From positions 40,058-104,057 of the forward strand of contig JBGATS010000002.1 of assembly GCA_044229075.1 (NCBI GenBank): 64,000 bases of DNA, given 5' to 3'. The notes beneath the pieces are model-generated. The model was not told the origin of the DNA. It ran no database searches and was given only the letters and a program-made list of their open reading frames with translations. Each line of letters begins with the position of its first letter. The stretch's first letter is position 1. Position numbers and translations under genes: made by a program. Shown one piece after another: positions 54,325-63,793 of the stretch. The DNA comes from Minisyncoccia bacterium. Its GTDB lineage: Bacteria > Patescibacteriota > Minisyncoccia > Phycocordibacterales > UBA1006.

Positions 54325-55653
54325 TTATTTTGAGAGCCTTTGATCAATTCGATTAATGTCTCGTGGGAATAATGTCGCTTCCTTTACGTTTTCAACACCT
54401 AGAAATTTTTGAGTCAATCGCTCTAGACCCATTCCAATTCCACCATGTGGCGGAATACCATACTTAAATGCCATCAAATAGAATTCAAATTTTTCAGGAT
54501 CAAGTCCTTTGCTTTTCATTTTCTCGATCAACATTTCATAGTCATGAACACGCTGACTTCCAGAAATGATTTCAACACCTCGAAACAATAGATCGAAACT
54601 TTTTGTCATACCTGGATCAGCAGGGTCTTCCATGGTGTAAAATGGTCGCTTTGAAACCGGATAATGTGTTACGAACACGAAATCACTTCCAAGATTTTTT
54701 GCTGCGTATTCACACAGCCACCGTTCATCTTCTGGTTCTAGATCTGGCTCGGTGGTAATATCTTTTCCAGTTTCTTTTTTGATTAACTCTTGTGCTTCTC
54801 GTAATTTCATCACTGGGAATGATTCAGGTGCCATAGGTAATCCCATTTCAAAAAATGAAAGCTCCTTTTGTGCTTTTTCTCCTACAGATTTAACAATATG
54901 TCGAAGTGTCGCCGAGATCATATTCATGATGTCAGTATGATCAGTAATGAACCCCATTTCGACATCGAGCATGGTCATTTCATTCAGGTGACGACTTGTT
55001 GCATGTTTTTCAGCACGGAATTGAGGACCTGTTGTATACACTCGCTCAAACACGCCTACCATCATTTGTTTATACAACTGAGGACTTGTTGAAAGATATG
55101 CTGGCTGGTTGTACAGATATTCAAGCTTGAATACTCCTGCACCACCTTCCGCATCGCTACCCGTGATTCGTGGTGCTTGGAATTCAATAAAGTTTTGTGA
55201 GTCTAAATATTCACGAAATGCAGTTAAAATAATTTGCTGAGTTTTGAAAATCCCTTTTTCTCGTTCACGACGAAGCGTAAGTGGTCGGAAGTCGAGCAAT
55301 GTATCAAGATTTAATTCAGCATCGCTTGAAAACGGAAGTTCATTTGCAGTACTAATAATTTCGAGCCTTAAAATTTCAAGTTCAATATCACCATTCTGTT
55401 TGTCAGCTTGGCGATTACGTTCTGGTCGCTCATTTACTTTTCCTGTTACCGATACAACGTATTCAGTTTTAATTTCTTTTGCAATATCGATCGCAGCACT
55501 TCCAGGTAGTACCACACCCTGTACATATCCTGTACGATCACGAAAGTCGAAGAAAACCATTTTCCCCTGATCACGACGAACAGATACCCACCCTTGAATC
55601 ATTGCCTCGCTTCCCTTGTGATTTGATAAATCACCAATTAAAATTCTTTGCAT
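54325..55653 (-). CDS. aspS: Aspartyl-tRNA synthetase (class IIb, archaeal/non-discriminating-like)
   Basis: Class II motifs FRAEKHATSRHLNEMTMLDVEMGF, GGIGMGLERL and a terminal FPRDINRIDQRL. The N-domain begins MQRILIGDL...MIQGWVSVRRDQGKMVFFDFRDRTG. A TATAAT lies 7 nt upstream of this ATG, so the longer ORF-track start at 55764 is unlikely. Confidence 0.8.
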   Translation of the reverse strand: MQRILIGDLSNHKGSEAMIQGWVSVRRDQGKMVFFDFRDRTGYVQGVVLPGSAAIDIAKEIKTEYVVSVTGKVNERPERNRQADKQNGDIELEILRLEIISTANELPFSSDAELNLDTLLDFRPLTLRREREKGIFKTQQIILTAFREYLDSQNFIEFQAPRITGSDAEGGAGVFKLEYLYNQPAYLSTSPQLYKQMMVGVFERVYTTGPQFRAEKHATSRHLNEMTMLDVEMGFITDHTDIMNMISATLRHIVKSVGEKAQKELSFFEMGLPMAPESFPVMKLREAQELIKKETGKDITTEPDLEPEDERWLCEYAAKNLGSDFVFVTHYPVSKRPFYTMEDPADPGMTKSFDLLFRGVEIISGSQRVHDYEMLIEKMKSKGLDPEKFEFYLMAFKYGIPPHGGIGMGLERLTQKFLGVENVKEATLFPRDINRIDQRLSK

Positions 55654-55792
55654 AAAAATTATATCCAGATTGGTTTTTATAAGTGAAATACTACACTGTT
55701 TTCGTATTTGAGTATGAGCTCGATTTGTTGTTCTATGAAAGAAATAGTCACGCAGAATAGACAATAGTATGTATGGAACACTTATTCAAAAT

Positions 55793-55975
55793 AAAAACCC
55801 CTCTGAACTTATGTATAATTATGAGCCGACGCTCGTAATGACTGATAAATTCAGAGGGGCGGAGAGTTTCCGCGGTGCCACCCTCAATTATACTCTTTTC
55901 TGAAATATAGGACTATTTCAAGCCTCCTCGCCAGGTGTCAGTTGGGTCACCGGAACAGGAATACTATAGCAATAT
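55793..55975 (-). promoter_or_regulatory. T-box riboswitch leader (promoter TGCTATAGT, short Stem I, T-box sequence, terminator) upstream of aspS
   Basis: Minus-strand RNA reads ...CCGGUGACCCAACUGACACCUGG (Stem I). Then ...AAUUGAGGGUGGCACCGCGG (T-box consensus AAUUAGGGUGGNACCGCG). Then AAACUCUCCGCCCCUCUGAA...UUCAGAGGGG-UUUUUAU (terminator). The UGGC bulge fits a G73 discriminator. Confidence 0.7.
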
Positions 55976-56145
55976 TTTGGTGGTTGTGGTACTTGACAAA
56001 TACTATTAAATATGCTAACATTGTACGTAGATGATAAAAATCATCATTGTTCTTTACAAAGTCTTTCATAATGAATTGTTTGGTGAATTAAGTAATTTTT
56101 CTTTATTACTAAAAATTATTTAATTCACCAAATCATTTTTATAGT

Positions 56146-56913
56146 ATGAAAACATTTTTTTTATTTTTAGGACAAAGTTCTGTTAGCATTTTTGACGGTG
56201 TAAAAACCAAGAGAGGACATAAAGGAAATTATGTCCAACTGGCAGAAATTCCAGGCGTTCCAGCAGAAAAATTTCAAATGAGGCTGGATTTTAAAAATCC
56301 GGCAATCCTGGATAATAAAGGGGTTATAAAAGAACTCTTTATTAAAATCTATGGAGCTCAACGATTTCGTGATGCTGGGTTTGTTAGTGCGTGTGCACCA
56401 ACAAAAAAAACGAGTGCGATTATGATTTTCACCAGCAAACATTGGCCAGAGCTGGGTTTGGAGATTATGGAGGGTAAACCAAACGGTGAGTTTCCTGGTG
56501 TTCAAATTATGAACGAGGGCGACACACTACGTTTTACCCACGCAAATGTTGGTTATCAATTAACCAACAGTGGTGGCGAGCCCTGGTTGACCAAGGTACT
56601 AAAACCAAAAATGGTACCTACTACTGTAAAGCAGTCAAAAACTGCTACGCCAGTAGAGGTGGTGGACAACCGGAAAAAAATTACCGAACAACCAAAAGTT
56701 GTTGGTAAAATACCAGTTGAAAAAATTGAGCAAAAAAATTCTCAGATCAAAAAATTTGAGAAAAAATATGCCCAAAAACCACCAACAGCGGGTAATAGTA
56801 ACAACAAGGAAGTTATGAAGAAAAAAATTTCTCATAACAAACCGACAACCTTTAAAGCTTTTAGTGGCTTAAAGGAATTACTTGCTGATACTGGTGTCAC
56901 AACAACCAGCTAA
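56146..56913 (+). CDS. Hypothetical protein with Lys-rich C-terminal tail
   Basis: 255-aa ORF with no recognisable motifs, followed by a strong terminator. Confidence 0.4.
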   Translation: MKTFFLFLGQSSVSIFDGVKTKRGHKGNYVQLAEIPGVPAEKFQMRLDFKNPAILDNKGVIKELFIKIYGAQRFRDAGFVSACAPTKKTSAIMIFTSKHWPELGLEIMEGKPNGEFPGVQIMNEGDTLRFTHANVGYQLTNSGGEPWLTKVLKPKMVPTTVKQSKTATPVEVVDNRKKITEQPKVVGKIPVEKIEQKNSQIKKFEKKYAQKPPTAGNSNNKEVMKKKISHNKPTTFKAFSGLKELLADTGVTTTS

Positions 56914-56923
56914 CTTAATACTT

Positions 56924-56990
56924 CCCCTCGGTGACAGCGAGGGGATTTTTGTTACAAAAAAAACGAAACTAATATAGTTTCGTTTTTTAT
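56924..56990. terminator. Tandem terminators (cccctcg-gtgacag-cgagggg followed by T5, then aaacgaaact-aatat-agtttcgttt followed by T6) between convergent genes
   Basis: Two consecutive GC hairpins with U-tracts. The second serves the minus-strand ABC transporter gene. Confidence 0.8.
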
Positions 56991-58798
56991 TATTTATAAC
57001 CTTCAGCCTGTAATTCAAACAATTCTTTATATCTACCATTATTAATTTCCATTAATTCGGTATGACTTCCCTGTTCAATGATGGTTCCGTGTTCGATCAG
57101 AATAATTTTATCTGCGTCGCGCACATTACTGAATTTATGGGAAATGATAATTCTGGTTTGGTTTTTGTGATTTTCTCGAAGTGCCTTGAAAATTTTGTCT
57201 TCGGATAGTGCGTCTACAGATGCTGTCGGTTCATCTAAAATCATAATTGATGCCTGACGATATAATACGCGAGCTAAAACTACTTTTTGTTTTTGACCTT
57301 TTGAAAGCTCTATTCCTCCGTGGAATTCTGTACCTACTTTTTGTTGATATTGTTCTGGTAAATCTTTAATAAATTCGTGCGCAGTTGATTCATGAGCACT
57401 TTGCTCTACTAGATTTTGATCATGTTTTGAAACATCGCCGAGCATAATATTTTCCGCGATAGTTTCTTCGGAATATAATTCATATTCTTGCAGTAAAATT
57501 GCCAAACATTTTTTCCAAGATACTAGGTCGTATTCTTTTAAATTTATACCGTTAACAAGAATTTCACCTGTCGTTGGGTCGTATACACGCGTAATAAGTT
57601 TTAACAATGTTGATTTTCCTGCACCATTCAATCCTACAATTGCAAGATTATCCCCACGATTGATTTCTAAATTTATATTATTCAGTACTATTTTATCGGA
57701 TCCAGGATAAGAGAATGAAAGATTTTTAAGAGAAACAACTTTTAATTCGTCAGGGTTTATTAATTTTGTCCCAGATTGTACAAGAGTTTCTGTCTCAAGA
57801 AAATCAAGCATTGTATCAACATTTTTCTTATGCTCATTCATTTTTCCAAAATTACTAAAAAGCACATTTAATGAACCTTGGAATCGAGAGACAACACTAA
57901 AACTAAAAACTAATGATCCGACCGCAAGACTTCCCAATCGAACATCACGAATCAATAAATAAAACGCAATAATAAACGAGGCAGTAAGAATCAGTTCTCC
58001 AATCAAATCGCTCTTTGCTTTTCCAAAATACATATTACCAATTTTTTGGTGAAACACACTAATTAATGACAAAAACTTATTTTTGAACACATTTACTAAT
58101 CCAAAATTCTTGAGTTCAGTCACCGCATCTTTATGTTGTAATGCATTTGTTTTTACTGTCCACATACGCCATTCTTCAAAATTTTCTTTATGAATTTTTG
58201 CAGAAAGTTTTGCGCCTTTTTGTTCAATAAAATAAGTCGGTAATGAACCAAGTAAGATAATTATAAAGACTATTGGAGATATAATTATAATAGAAACACT
58301 GGCAACAATTAATGCAGTTATTTGTTTTATACTATCAGTAATATTATTACTGATAGTATAAAAAGATGACCATCCGCGATTATTTGCAATACCATACATA
58401 TTTTGTAGTTCTGGCTGTTCAATTGTTCCAATATCTAAATATTCCATCTTTTTAAAAAACAATCCTTGCAGGTGACGTGAAACCGCATTTGATTGAATAT
58501 TCCAAACATACCCGTTAATAATCGAAATAAATGCAGGAACGATTTCTGATAAAATTAACAAGAGAAAACCCTTCATTAAAACAATAGTTCGTGCACCATT
58601 AATTCCATGCACAACAAACTCGTTTACAATAATTCCTACTGCACCAAATTGGGCAAACAAGAAAACAGCTCCAATCATAGAGGTTATATACCGAAGTATT
58701 GAGTACTTTTTCGATCCTTGAATTGCTTCTATAAAAACAAATTTCAACACAGTCCACAATGAACGCTCTCTTTCAATAATATTTGGTAATTGTGCCAT
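56990..58798 (-). CDS. ABC transporter, fused permease/ATP-binding exporter (MsbA-like)
   Basis: Six TM helices. Walker A GLNGAGKSTLLKLI. ABC signature LSKGQKQKVVLARVL. Walker B IMILDEPTASVD. Confidence 0.85.
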   Translation of the reverse strand: MAQLPNIIERERSLWTVLKFVFIEAIQGSKKYSILRYITSMIGAVFLFAQFGAVGIIVNEFVVHGINGARTIVLMKGFLLLILSEIVPAFISIINGYVWNIQSNAVSRHLQGLFFKKMEYLDIGTIEQPELQNMYGIANNRGWSSFYTISNNITDSIKQITALIVASVSIIIISPIVFIIILLGSLPTYFIEQKGAKLSAKIHKENFEEWRMWTVKTNALQHKDAVTELKNFGLVNVFKNKFLSLISVFHQKIGNMYFGKAKSDLIGELILTASFIIAFYLLIRDVRLGSLAVGSLVFSFSVVSRFQGSLNVLFSNFGKMNEHKKNVDTMLDFLETETLVQSGTKLINPDELKVVSLKNLSFSYPGSDKIVLNNINLEINRGDNLAIVGLNGAGKSTLLKLITRVYDPTTGEILVNGINLKEYDLVSWKKCLAILLQEYELYSEETIAENIMLGDVSKHDQNLVEQSAHESTAHEFIKDLPEQYQQKVGTEFHGGIELSKGQKQKVVLARVLYRQASIMILDEPTASVDALSEDKIFKALRENHKNQTRIIISHKFSNVRDADKIILIEHGTIIEQGSHTELMEINNGRYKELFELQAEGYK

Positions 58799-58853
58799 AA
58801 AAAATTTAGAGTAGATAAAGGCTAATAAGTCTATTATTTTACCAAATTAATAA

Positions 58854-60545
58854 TTATTCGTCAATAAATAGGCGTGCAAATTTTATATCATCAAAACTGA
58901 CCTCGTATCCGGATTGTTCCAAAGACCGCTTGATCGGTGTTAATTTCACGTCAAAAATTGATTCATTACTATTTTTTACCGCATTATACGCGTCACGAAC
59001 CTGGGAAAGGAGTTCAGAATCGATAGAAAGGTGCGGGAAATCGCGCAGCGATTTCCCGCTGTCTTTTATTTTCTGCAAATGTTCAATAATCGTTCCCTTT
59101 CCTAATTCTCGATTCTTTGCAATTTCATCGAGCGACATTCCTTGTGATAATAGATCGCCTGTTATTTCATGGGTTTTACGATGATCAATTTTTATCTTTT
59201 TTTCTTTCTTGGTACTTTTCTCCAGTGTTCCACCGCATGCAATAATAAATTCCTCGTGACGTTTTGTTATCTCTGATGATGATAATTCTGCAAGTTTCCC
59301 AGTGAACATGTCGGACGCTCGCTGCAACTGTTGATCAATAGACAAAATACGCGGATCGACAGATAATGCAGATTCAGAAAATCCCACCAGGTGTAACCCA
59401 CCCAATGTTCGTACACGTGACAGCGCAACATACCCCATTCCATAGGCAAATGACTTTGATAGATCAATGACCGCTGCGTCGAGCGACATTCCTTGTGATT
59501 TGTGCACTGTAATTGCCCACGCGTGACGTAGTGGAATTTGACTGATTGATGCAAGTACGCGACCATCATCCTCGATAGACCAGGTTTGTGGTTCTACGAT
59601 AATTTCAATGCCTGATAATGTTTTCACTACAGGTAATTCATCATCGTTAATATCAATGACTTCGCCACGGGTTCCGTTCACATACCCTAGTTCAAAATTA
59701 TTTTTTACAAACATAACCTGAGCACCAATTTTTAACTGTAATGTTGTTGGTGCAAGACAACTTTTTTTCAAGGTTTCCACCAGATTTGCTTTTCCCTTAC
59801 TGGTCATTTCATACAGATATTCATCGTCGGTAATATTTTCTAATTGCTGAAAATTGATCTGGTCAACGTCTACATTATGAGTAAAGAGTTTTGTAATACC
59901 TGAAAAATCATCTTCGTCATATTCACGAACACGATCTTGGAGTACTTCTGCATGTTCCTCGGTCACCGTTCCTGCGCGAATAGCATTGAGAATCTGTGTA
60001 AAAAAATCATCATTCTGACGAAATTGTTCGGTCAGATAGCATGTGGTTAGTCCCATACCGTTCCAAATAGACGAGTCAATTACCAGCTGTACATCATTAT
60101 TACGAGAAACAGGTGGTAATTGGAATAAATCTCCACAGAGTACTACCTGAATACCACCAAACGGTTGTGCGTGGTTACGTTTCATGGCACGACATAAACG
60201 ATCAAGCGTGTCGAGAAAGGTGCCCGAAAGCATCGAGATTTCATCAATTACAAGCACCTTTACTTTTTGATAGCGATCATACAGATATTTTTTCTCGTCC
60301 ATCATTTCTATTTCATACTCTGATAAGGTTTCCTTGATACCCATTCCAGACCATGCATGGATCGTCATACCGCCGATATGGGTTGCTGCAATACCAGTTG
60401 ATGCAGTAACTGCAATTGGAATTTCATGATCATAACAATACTGAATATACTGGTTAAGCACGTAGGTCTTCCCTGTTCCAGCACCACCCGTAAGAAATAC
60501 ATTTTTACCCATTTTTAAAATTGAAAGCGCATCGGACTGAGTCAT
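58854..60545 (-). CDS. Pif1/RecD-like SF1 DNA helicase with C-terminal HTH domain
   Basis: Walker A LTGGAGTGKTY, DEISML (motif II), QLPPV. C-terminal ITGDLLSQGMSLDEIAKNRELGKGTIIEHLQK is an HTH. Confidence 0.75.
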   Translation of the reverse strand: MTQSDALSILKMGKNVFLTGGAGTGKTYVLNQYIQYCYDHEIPIAVTASTGIAATHIGGMTIHAWSGMGIKETLSEYEIEMMDEKKYLYDRYQKVKVLVIDEISMLSGTFLDTLDRLCRAMKRNHAQPFGGIQVVLCGDLFQLPPVSRNNDVQLVIDSSIWNGMGLTTCYLTEQFRQNDDFFTQILNAIRAGTVTEEHAEVLQDRVREYDEDDFSGITKLFTHNVDVDQINFQQLENITDDEYLYEMTSKGKANLVETLKKSCLAPTTLQLKIGAQVMFVKNNFELGYVNGTRGEVIDINDDELPVVKTLSGIEIIVEPQTWSIEDDGRVLASISQIPLRHAWAITVHKSQGMSLDAAVIDLSKSFAYGMGYVALSRVRTLGGLHLVGFSESALSVDPRILSIDQQLQRASDMFTGKLAELSSSEITKRHEEFIIACGGTLEKSTKKEKKIKIDHRKTHEITGDLLSQGMSLDEIAKNRELGKGTIIEHLQKIKDSGKSLRDFPHLSIDSELLSQVRDAYNAVKNSNESIFDVKLTPIKRSLEQSGYEVSFDDIKFARLFIDE

Positions 60546-60695
60546 AATTCTACAGAGTATATCAAAATTATAATAACTTCCCTAATCTTGACAGACTTTT
60601 TATTAATAAGTTTTCTAAAAAGAAAAGAGACGGGAAAATTACTCTATGTTTTCTATTTCCTGGTTTTTTTGCGATTAATCAGTATACTATCATCT

Positions 60696-61658
60696 ATGAA
60701 AACACCGAAATCCCTTTTTCAAAGGAACACAAAACCAAAGAAAAAAAATGCTATTTATTTTGAGAAAACGCAATCAAAAAGAATTTCACGTAGACCAGAA
60801 CCTCTTCAACCTTCTTCTGCAAGAAAAACACAGAAAAAAACCAATTCCAAAGACACCTTACCGCGTCCAATAAAAAAAACTACTCGTGTCAAAAAAATAG
60901 TAAAGAAGGTAACAAAGAAAGTATTTTCACTGAAAAAGAAACCCTTGAAAATCCTTCCCAGTACTCTCTCTATAGGTCTTATTCGTCTCGAGAAATACAT
61001 GGCGCAATCTGGTATGGCATCACGTCGTGAAGCAAAAGATTTTATTCATCGCGGAATTGTTACCGTAAATCGACAGGTAATAAAAAATCCTGGTCACGGT
61101 ATCAACCCGGAAAAAGACAGTGTATCGTTTGTAAAAGGCACCGTGATTACACCGGAAGTTATCTTACTCTATAAACCTCGCGGGGTTGAAACGATGAAGA
61201 CAAGCCCAGAGAATCATGATATTCATGATCGATTCCCTCAATTTTCACACCTTGCACCTATTGGACGACTTGATAAAGATTCCGAGGGGTTAATTATTCT
61301 TTCTAATGATGGAGTACTCGCAAAAAAAATGACTGCGGTAAATTCTCCCATTGAAAAAGAATATCGCGTAACGGTACGAGAGGATGTTTTTCCAGTATTG
61401 TTACAAAAAATGGAGCGAGGAATTATTCTGGATAAAGTTATTACAAAACCATGCATCACAAAGAAAATTTCTACCCACGAGTTTTCTATTACTCTCACCG
61501 AGGGACGAAAACATCAGGTTCGTCGTATGGCAAACGCATGTAAATTAACTGTGACCAGGTTAGTTCGCATACGAATCGGAGCATTAACCATTGGAAAAAT
61601 GACCGCTGGAAATTTTAAAAAAATTCCGAATAGTTTAACCCAAGAAATGAAAAAATAA
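60696..61658 (+). CDS. RsuA/RluB-family pseudouridine synthase with Lys/Arg-rich N-terminal extension
   Basis: S4 domain IRLEKYMAQSGMASRREAKDFIHRGIVTVN and catalytic region HLAPIGRLDKDSEGLIILSNDG. An approx. 95-aa basic N-terminal tail precedes these. AGTATACTA lies 7 nt upstream of the ATG at 60696, so the ORF-track start at 60588 is unlikely. Confidence 0.75.
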   Translation: MKTPKSLFQRNTKPKKKNAIYFEKTQSKRISRRPEPLQPSSARKTQKKTNSKDTLPRPIKKTTRVKKIVKKVTKKVFSLKKKPLKILPSTLSIGLIRLEKYMAQSGMASRREAKDFIHRGIVTVNRQVIKNPGHGINPEKDSVSFVKGTVITPEVILLYKPRGVETMKTSPENHDIHDRFPQFSHLAPIGRLDKDSEGLIILSNDGVLAKKMTAVNSPIEKEYRVTVREDVFPVLLQKMERGIILDKVITKPCITKKISTHEFSITLTEGRKHQVRRMANACKLTVTRLVRIRIGALTIGKMTAGNFKKIPNSLTQEMKK

Positions 61659-61679
61659 AAAGCACCTTGGTGCTTTTTA

Positions 61680-62633
61680 TTATAATCCAATTCTCTCTCG
61701 AACCACTTTCATTTTTTCACTCGCTTTTGCACTTGCCTTTTCTGCTCCTTTTTTCAAAATTTCTACAACCAATTCTGGATTATTTGCATACTCTTCACGT
61801 CGTTTTCGCATTGGTGCTATAAATTCTAAAATATCGGTTAGTAATGCTTCTTTTAGATCTTTGTACTTCCCTTTTTTTTCTTCGTATAAACTCGCAAGTT
61901 CTGCTTCTGATTTGAACAACTTATGAATTGCATACACATTTGTTGGTATATCACCACTTGAATCTGTCACAATACTCATAACTGCTTTTTTGATTTCTTC
62001 ATCAGTACCGAACAATGGGATTGTATTTTTATACGACTTACTCATTTTCTGACCGTCCGTTCCTGGAACCACTGCAACTGATGTAACTATTTTTTCTGTT
62101 GGTTCTTTAAAGACTCCATCACCCCAGGTGTTATGAAATTTTCGTACAATTTCACGAGCAATTTCTACATGTTGTACTTGATCTTGCCCTACAGGAACAA
62201 TATCTGCGTCATACATAACGATATCTGCTGCCATCAAGAGAGGATAGTTAAATGTCCCTACTGATATTTCCTTGTTTTTTGCTTCAGCATCCTTGAACGC
62301 ATGTGCCCGCATTAATTGTGGCATCGTCGTAATACAAGAAAAAATCCAAGAAAGTTCTGTAACCTCTGGAACATCCTGTTGTCGCCACAGGGTAATTTTT
62401 TCTGGATCAAGACCAATTCCTAATAAATCTAATACGAGATCTTGTTCAAGTTTCTGTTGATCTTCGCGTGACTTTATTTCTCCGGTGAGCGCATGATAGC
62501 TGGGAATAAAGATATAGGTGTCATATTCGTGCTGTAAATCAACCCACTGTCGGAGGGCTCCAAAATAGTTTCCAATATGAGCTTTTCCGGTCGGTTTAAT
62601 TCCAGAAAGGAGTATTTTTTTTGATATAGCCAT
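61680..62633 (-). CDS. trpS: Tryptophanyl-tRNA synthetase
   Basis: KKILLSGIKPTGKAHIGNYFGA (HIGH-class) and GQKMSKSYKN (KMSKS). Confidence 0.9.
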   Translation of the reverse strand: MAISKKILLSGIKPTGKAHIGNYFGALRQWVDLQHEYDTYIFIPSYHALTGEIKSREDQQKLEQDLVLDLLGIGLDPEKITLWRQQDVPEVTELSWIFSCITTMPQLMRAHAFKDAEAKNKEISVGTFNYPLLMAADIVMYDADIVPVGQDQVQHVEIAREIVRKFHNTWGDGVFKEPTEKIVTSVAVVPGTDGQKMSKSYKNTIPLFGTDEEIKKAVMSIVTDSSGDIPTNVYAIHKLFKSEAELASLYEEKKGKYKDLKEALLTDILEFIAPMRKRREEYANNPELVVEILKKGAEKASAKASEKMKVVRERIGL

Positions 62634-62645
62634 ACAGATAAAAAA

Positions 62646-63410
62646 TTATTCAGAACGTTGTCGCACAATTTCATAACATACAATTCCCGCGGTTACTGAC
62701 GCATTCAATGATTCAACCTCGCGTGTCATTGGAATTTTTAGGATTGTATCACAATGATCTAATGTTTTTGCGCGAATACCTTGAGCTTCGTTCCCGATAA
62801 TAATTGCACTATGCGCGTCGTCGAATCGATAGCGCCATAGGTTTTGCGCTTCACGACCTTCTTGATCGTGAGATGAAAGCCCAACAACCCAGAACTTCTT
62901 TTGTTTCAAGAGTTCGACACATTGGTTAATATTCCCAACCTGAATAATTGGAATACGACCCACAGTACCTGCAGAGGTTTTGAACACAGCGCTGGTAACA
63001 GGAGCTTGGTTTAATTCTGCAACAATAATTGCATCGACTGCCAATCCGGCAGCGCTACGAATAATTGCCCCAATATTGGAAACATCGGTAATATGGTCGA
63101 GAACAACAACAGTTTGTAATGGCGATTCATCGGTAATTGTTCCCAGATAATCAGAAAGATTATCATAGTCAAACGGTTTTGATAGCGCAATAACTCCTTG
63201 ATGCGAAACATCGTCGCGCAACCAATCCTTGATCTGTTTTTCGCTAGTATCACTTACAGGAACACCTGCACGTTTTGCAAGTACACGAATTTCATCATAT
63301 CCAGACTGTTTCCCTGTTTCTTTAATATAAACACGTTTCAATGATTCTGGTTTTGTACGAAGCGCCTCAACTACCACATTTTTCCCATAAATATAAAAGT
63401 CTTTTGTCAT
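62646..63410 (-). CDS. rlmB: SpoU/TrmH-family RNA 2'-O-methyltransferase (RlmB-like)
   Basis: FYIYGKNVVVEAL (substrate-binding domain), VVVLDHITDVSNIGAIIRSAAGLAVDAIIV and LNASVTAGIVCYE (SPOUT motifs). The ORF-track start at 63548 would overlap tRNA-Gln, so Met47 at 63410 is preferred. Confidence 0.75.
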   Translation of the reverse strand: MTKDFYIYGKNVVVEALRTKPESLKRVYIKETGKQSGYDEIRVLAKRAGVPVSDTSEKQIKDWLRDDVSHQGVIALSKPFDYDNLSDYLGTITDESPLQTVVVLDHITDVSNIGAIIRSAAGLAVDAIIVAELNQAPVTSAVFKTSAGTVGRIPIIQVGNINQCVELLKQKKFWVVGLSSHDQEGREAQNLWRYRFDDAHSAIIIGNEAQGIRAKTLDHCDTILKIPMTREVESLNASVTAGIVCYEIVRQRSE

Positions 63411-63506
63411 AGAGAAAACATACCACAAAGACGGTTTTTTTGCTACAGGACTGGATTTTTTTGTACAATACGCTATACTACGAAATGTGTTTCCAATTGG
63501 AAATTT

Positions 63507-63577
63507 TGCCAGTTCGTCTAATGGTAGGACTTTGGTTTCTGGTACCAACTATTGGGGTTCGAGTCCCTGACTGGCAG
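63507..63577 (+). tRNA. tRNA-Gln (anticodon CTG); probable integration site of a second element
   Basis: Acceptor TGCCAGT/ACTGGCA with discriminator G, Gln-type D-arm TC-GTCTAATGGTAGGAC, anticodon stem TTGGT/ACCAA with loop TTCTGGT, T-arm TGGGG-TTCGAGT-CCCTG. Confidence 0.8.
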
Positions 63578-63793
63578 CACAAATTCAAAATTCGTTTTTT
63601 CGCCAAAATGCGGAGCGTCGCAAAGCGACGCGACTGGAGTTTCCGCCAGAATTCGCCAAGGGTTTTTGAAATCCAAAAGAAGCGAGCGGGACGCGAGGCG
63701 GGGGTTCCCTGATGATTACGTCAGTCAAAACAAAGTTTTGTGAGCCAATCTTTAGAAGCGATAATTATCAATATTTAACATAAACCTTTTTCT

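Noticed and set aside
55790-55990. I considered whether this GC-richer block was SRP RNA, RNase P RNA, 6S RNA or tmRNA
   Set aside because: No match to conserved SRP domain IV, RNase P P4 or tmRNA motifs on either strand. The minus-strand AAUUGAGGGUGGCACCGCGG plus terminator fits a T-box leader instead.
63440-63743. ORFs 63440..63712 and 63552..63743 (+) and the 5' 138 nt of the 62646..63548 ORF
   Set aside because: They overlap tRNA-Gln and the GC-rich junction DNA. The rlmB-like gene was trimmed to Met47 (63410).
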